NCBI GenBank assembly: GCA_041640575.1
Contig: JBEPZZ010000023.1
Coordinates: 4,462-25,180, forward strand
DNA length: 20,719 bases
Origin: Pseudothermotoga sp.
GTDB taxonomy: Bacteria; Thermotogota; Thermotogae; Thermotogales; DSM-5069
Direction of reading: 5' to 3'
Within the stretch, counting starts at the first letter, position 1. The number at the start of each line of letters is the position of its first letter. Below are positions 17,535-20,719 of the stretch, piece by piece. A program made the position numbers and the translations under genes. The notes under the pieces were generated by a model. That model saw only the letters and a program-made list of their open reading frames with translations, searched no databases and was not told where the DNA came from.

Positions 17535-18374
17535 CTATCCTTTTAAGCCACTTCCGACAAGTGATTTCACAAAAAGATCCTGCAAAGCAAAGAACAAGAA
17601 TAGGGTTGGTGCAAGAGCAACAACGGTACCGGCCATGATAATACCCCAGTTGTTTGAGGATTCAGCATTTATGATCATATTTATAGCAACTTGGACAGTT
17701 TTCATTCGATCTTGCATGGCAACTATCATGGGCCACAGGTACATATTCCACGCATACGTAAAGTTTATGATAGCTGCACCCGCCAATATAGGACGCGAAA
17801 GTGGCAAAACAACTTTCGTGAAATACTGAATCTTGGTTGCTCCATCTATCGTTGCAGCATCTTCGAATTCTTTTGGAATAGTTTTGAAATGCTGCTGCAT
17901 TAAAAAGGTATTGGTGGCACTAGCCATAAAAGGTATTGTCATGGCCCAATAAGTGTTGACCCAACCGAATCTGCTGATTAGCTTAAACAAAGGTACTATC
18001 AAAACAATTTCTGCGGGAATGAACAAAGTAGCAAATAGAATGTAAAAAGTTAACTTATCGCCTTTGAATCGAAAGTTGGCATAAGCATAACCAGCAAGTG
18101 CCCCGGTAACCAACTTACCCAAAGTTATTGCAATTGCAATGATGGCGCTGTTAACAATCATTCTCGCAAATGGGACTATTTTGAAGGCTTCCAAATAGTT
18201 CTGCAAATGTATGCCCTCTGGTAGGAATCTTGGAGGGTAAGAAAATACAAATTCCGGTGGTTGAATGCTCATAACAATAGCAAGAAAAATTGGAGCAAAC
18301 ATAAAAACGCATGAAAGCACAAGTAATATTTCAACAACAATTGTTTTCAACAGTCTTTTTCTTGATTTCTTCAC
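17535..18374 (-). CDS. ugpE: CUT1 ABC permease, UgpE-like (sn-glycerol-3-phosphate/sugar)
   Basis: AGYAYANFRFKG, EAA loop IPKEFEDAATIDGA, WNMYLWP; GAGGTG RBS before GTG. Confidence 0.8.
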   Translation of the reverse strand: MKKSRKRLLKTIVVEILLVLSCVFMFAPIFLAIVMSIQPPEFVFSYPPRFLPEGIHLQNYLEAFKIVPFARMIVNSAIIAIAITLGKLVTGALAGYAYANFRFKGDKLTFYILFATLFIPAEIVLIVPLFKLISRFGWVNTYWAMTIPFMASATNTFLMQQHFKTIPKEFEDAATIDGATKIQYFTKVVLPLSRPILAGAAIINFTYAWNMYLWPMIVAMQDRMKTVQVAINMIINAESSNNWGIIMAGTVVALAPTLFLFFALQDLFVKSLVGSGLKG

Positions 18375-18386
18375 GACTCAACACCT

Positions 18387-19253
18387 CTATTGGTAATGAA
18401 CTCTTTTTTGTCCATAGGCAAAGTAGAGTATAGTTATAACCATCATTATCGAGAACAAAATGACATTTTGTGCTGACGCCGGACCTATCTTTTGGAATCT
18501 AAAACCATCCATGTACAATTTGTAAATCATATTAGTGGTGTATCCGCCAGGTCCACCTTTAGTCATAACATCAATTATCGCCGAGGACTGAAACATTGCA
18601 GAAATGATACTCATTATAACCAAATAAAATGTAATTGGTGATACCAACGGAAATATAATCTTCCAAACACGTGTCCAGGAATTTGCACCATCTATGATGC
18701 TGGCCTCTAAGACTTCATCGGAGATGCTTTGAAGAGCTGCGAGATAAAAGATAATGTTAAACGGTAATGTTTTCCAAATTGAAGAGAAGATCAAAGAATA
18801 AGCGGCATATGGTACTGTTGTTAACCACTGAGTTTGTATTCCAAAAAGGATTCTCGACAGATAGTTGACATGACCAACAACAGGATTTAGCAAAAATCCC
18901 CACAATGCACCTGCAATAGCATACGAAACACCGTATGGCGCAAAGATTAGTGTTCTATAAATTCTTGACCCGGGTACTTTTTGATTTAGCAATAGAGCAA
19001 GGAAAAAGGCAAGAAAAATTGAAGCAATAACTGTCACAGCGGTGTAAACCACTGTGAAGTTGACAACCCTCAGATAATCCATGTCTCGAAACAGATTGAG
19101 ATAGTTTTTGAATCCGACAAAGATCCTACGGTTACCAAAAACTGAAACCGTGTAAAAGCTTGAAACAAAAGATTCATACGCTGGTAGATAAATAAAAAGG
19201 ACAATTACAAGGTACGTGGGTATTATCAACAGATAAGGCAGAATCTTTTTCAA
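18387..19253 (-). CDS. ugpA: CUT1 ABC permease, UgpA-like
   Basis: FVGFKNY, EAA loop VLEASIIDGANSW, MTKGGPG, C-terminal KRVHYQ. Start placed at TTG 19253 after GGAGGTG. Confidence 0.8.
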   Translation of the reverse strand: MKKILPYLLIIPTYLVIVLFIYLPAYESFVSSFYTVSVFGNRRIFVGFKNYLNLFRDMDYLRVVNFTVVYTAVTVIASIFLAFFLALLLNQKVPGSRIYRTLIFAPYGVSYAIAGALWGFLLNPVVGHVNYLSRILFGIQTQWLTTVPYAAYSLIFSSIWKTLPFNIIFYLAALQSISDEVLEASIIDGANSWTRVWKIIFPLVSPITFYLVIMSIISAMFQSSAIIDVMTKGGPGGYTTNMIYKLYMDGFRFQKIGPASAQNVILFSIMMVITILYFAYGQKRVHYQ

Positions 19254-19281
19254 ACCAGCGCACCTCCACTTCAAATGGTAA

Positions 19282-19303
19282 GTGGCTGGCAAGTGCCAGC
19301 CAC
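19282..19303 (-). other. Intercistronic stem-loop between ugpB and ugpA
   Basis: GTGGCTGGC-AAGT-GCCAGCCAC, 9-bp stem, no strong U-tract. Confidence 0.7.
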
Positions 19304-19310
19304 AGAAAGA

Positions 19311-20609
19311 TTAGAAATATTCCTTGATGGCCTTATTTGCGTTTCTCTCTGCTTCGTCTAATGCCTGCTTTGGTGTAAGTGCTCCAGAAAGCATCTTCTC
19401 TACAGCTGTGTCTATAGCGTCTCTGACTTCTGGGAAAGCGCCAATGATTGCACCGTTAGTGTTGTAGTTTTGAACACCAGTGAGCAATTGCAGAATGGCT
19501 GTTAGATGGTGCGGATTTTGCGCATAATAACCTTGAGCTTGGAGTTTTTGTATCGCATCAACTCTGATTGGGTAATATCCAGTTTCTTTGTGCCAGATGA
19601 TTTGTGGATCAGGTTCTGCAAGGTATTTGACCAGTTTCCAAGCGGCTTGAACCTCTGCTTGGTTCTTTTGTTTCAAGATCCACAGACTTCCCCCACCCAC
19701 TACGACACCACCACGTGGTGCTCCATCCGGCAACGGCAGGAAGGCCGTTCCCAGCTCAAAGTTTTGTTTTGCCGATTCTCTCATAAGCAATGCAACATCG
19801 GATGTCGAAGAAATCAGCATTCCAACAGTCTGAGATATGAATAATTGTCTTGCCGCTGTCCAGTCTGCACGTTTAGTGTTTATCATCAAACCTTCCTTGG
19901 TAAGTGTGTTCCACAAGTTCAAGAAATTCAAGGCTGCTTGGTTATTGAAAACAACCTTTGTTGCCTTTGCTGTTCGACCGTTGTTGTTGTCAACCAAAGG
20001 CTGATTCTGTAATGCCATGTATTGTTCAAAGAACCAAGCGTACAGTGGCCAAGTAATACCGCTCCTTACAATGTTGCCTTTGTCATCCTTTTTCACTAGT
20101 TTTCTGCAAGCTTCAATCAATTCACTGAAAGTTGTTGGAGGATTATTTGGATCAAGTCCAACTTCTTTGAACAAAGTTTTGTTGTAATACAAAAGTGGGG
20201 TCGAAGAATTCCAAGGCATTGAATAAAGTTTTCCACCGACTCTGTAATAATTCAGAACTTGGGGCAGGAACAATCCAACGTCAAATGTAGGATCTTTGTC
20301 AATCAAATCTTGTACAGGAACAATAACACCACTATCAATCATTTTTTGGGTACTTATCTCGTTGAGTTGAACTACATGTGGTGGTGTTCCAGCCCGTACT
20401 GCCGCCACAGTCTTCGCCAAGATTTCTTCATAACTTCCAATATACTGTACTTCGACTTCCACATCAGGGTTTAGCTTCATGAAATCATTTACCATGTTTT
20501 GAATGACTTCAATTCGCCATCCACCCATCGCATGCCAAAACTGGATTTTAGTCTTTGCAAAAGTAAGAACCGTCAGAATAACTAAAGCTACTACCAGAAA
20601 TTTCTTCAC
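19311..20609 (-). CDS. ugpB: ABC solute-binding protein, UgpB-like (sn-glycerol-3-phosphate family)
   Basis: IQFWHAMGG, SMPWNSSTPLLYYNK, GGGSLW, WHKETGYYP motifs; Sec signal MKKFLVVALVILTVLTFA. GTG 20609 follows GGAGGTG. Confidence 0.82.
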   Translation of the reverse strand: MKKFLVVALVILTVLTFAKTKIQFWHAMGGWRIEVIQNMVNDFMKLNPDVEVEVQYIGSYEEILAKTVAAVRAGTPPHVVQLNEISTQKMIDSGVIVPVQDLIDKDPTFDVGLFLPQVLNYYRVGGKLYSMPWNSSTPLLYYNKTLFKEVGLDPNNPPTTFSELIEACRKLVKKDDKGNIVRSGITWPLYAWFFEQYMALQNQPLVDNNNGRTAKATKVVFNNQAALNFLNLWNTLTKEGLMINTKRADWTAARQLFISQTVGMLISSTSDVALLMRESAKQNFELGTAFLPLPDGAPRGGVVVGGGSLWILKQKNQAEVQAAWKLVKYLAEPDPQIIWHKETGYYPIRVDAIQKLQAQGYYAQNPHHLTAILQLLTGVQNYNTNGAIIGAFPEVRDAIDTAVEKMLSGALTPKQALDEAERNANKAIKEYF

Positions 20610-20677
20610 TTTGTTCACCTCCCGCGAAATTTTAGAACGATTTGTTGAAAAGGATAATAAAAATCGTAAAGAAATTT

Positions 20678-20710
20678 AAAAAGACCATACCCACACATGG
20701 ATATGGTCTT
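20678..20710 (-). terminator. Terminator of an upstream gene outside the window
   Basis: Minus strand AAGACCATATCCA-TGTG-TGGGTATGGTCTT (one G-U pair) followed by TTT. Confidence 0.7.
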
Positions 20711-20719
20711 CTCTTCGTC

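Noticed and set aside
17482..17829. 115-aa plus-strand ORF
   Set aside because: Mostly the antisense shadow of ugpE; no motif.
1..20719. CRISPR array, tRNA/rRNA, IS elements
   Set aside because: No regularly spaced repeats, RNA gene signatures or transposase/integrase ORFs seen.

Overview
Bacterial chromosomal window, probably Thermotogae (inferred from GGAGGTG-type RBSs, non-lipoprotein solute-binding proteins and the gene repertoire). On the minus strand: an Opp/Dpp-type ABC operon (very large OppA, OppB, OppC with a large extracytoplasmic insert, OppD, truncated OppF), an Mpv17/PMP22-like membrane protein directly behind a GH13 cyclomaltodextrinase/neopullulanase-type gene, a PHP-family histidinol-phosphatase-like gene, oligoendopeptidase F, a secreted Spy/CpxP-like helical protein, and a UgpB/A/E-like ABC cluster with no ATPase gene. 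On the plus strand, between long intergenic gaps, is a six-gene Mrp/Mnh-type cation/H+ antiporter operon (E-F-G-[DUF4040+MbhE+MnhB fusion]-C-D). It has no MrpA, no hydrogenase genes and only one antiporter-like subunit, which carries two extra C-terminal TM segments. The most notable oddities are this minimal Mbh-like Mrp module, a one-base frameshift separating the RBS and start of oppA from the rest of its signal peptide, and the Mpv17/PMP22-GH13 pairing. No CRISPR array, rRNA, tRNA or mobile element was recognised.
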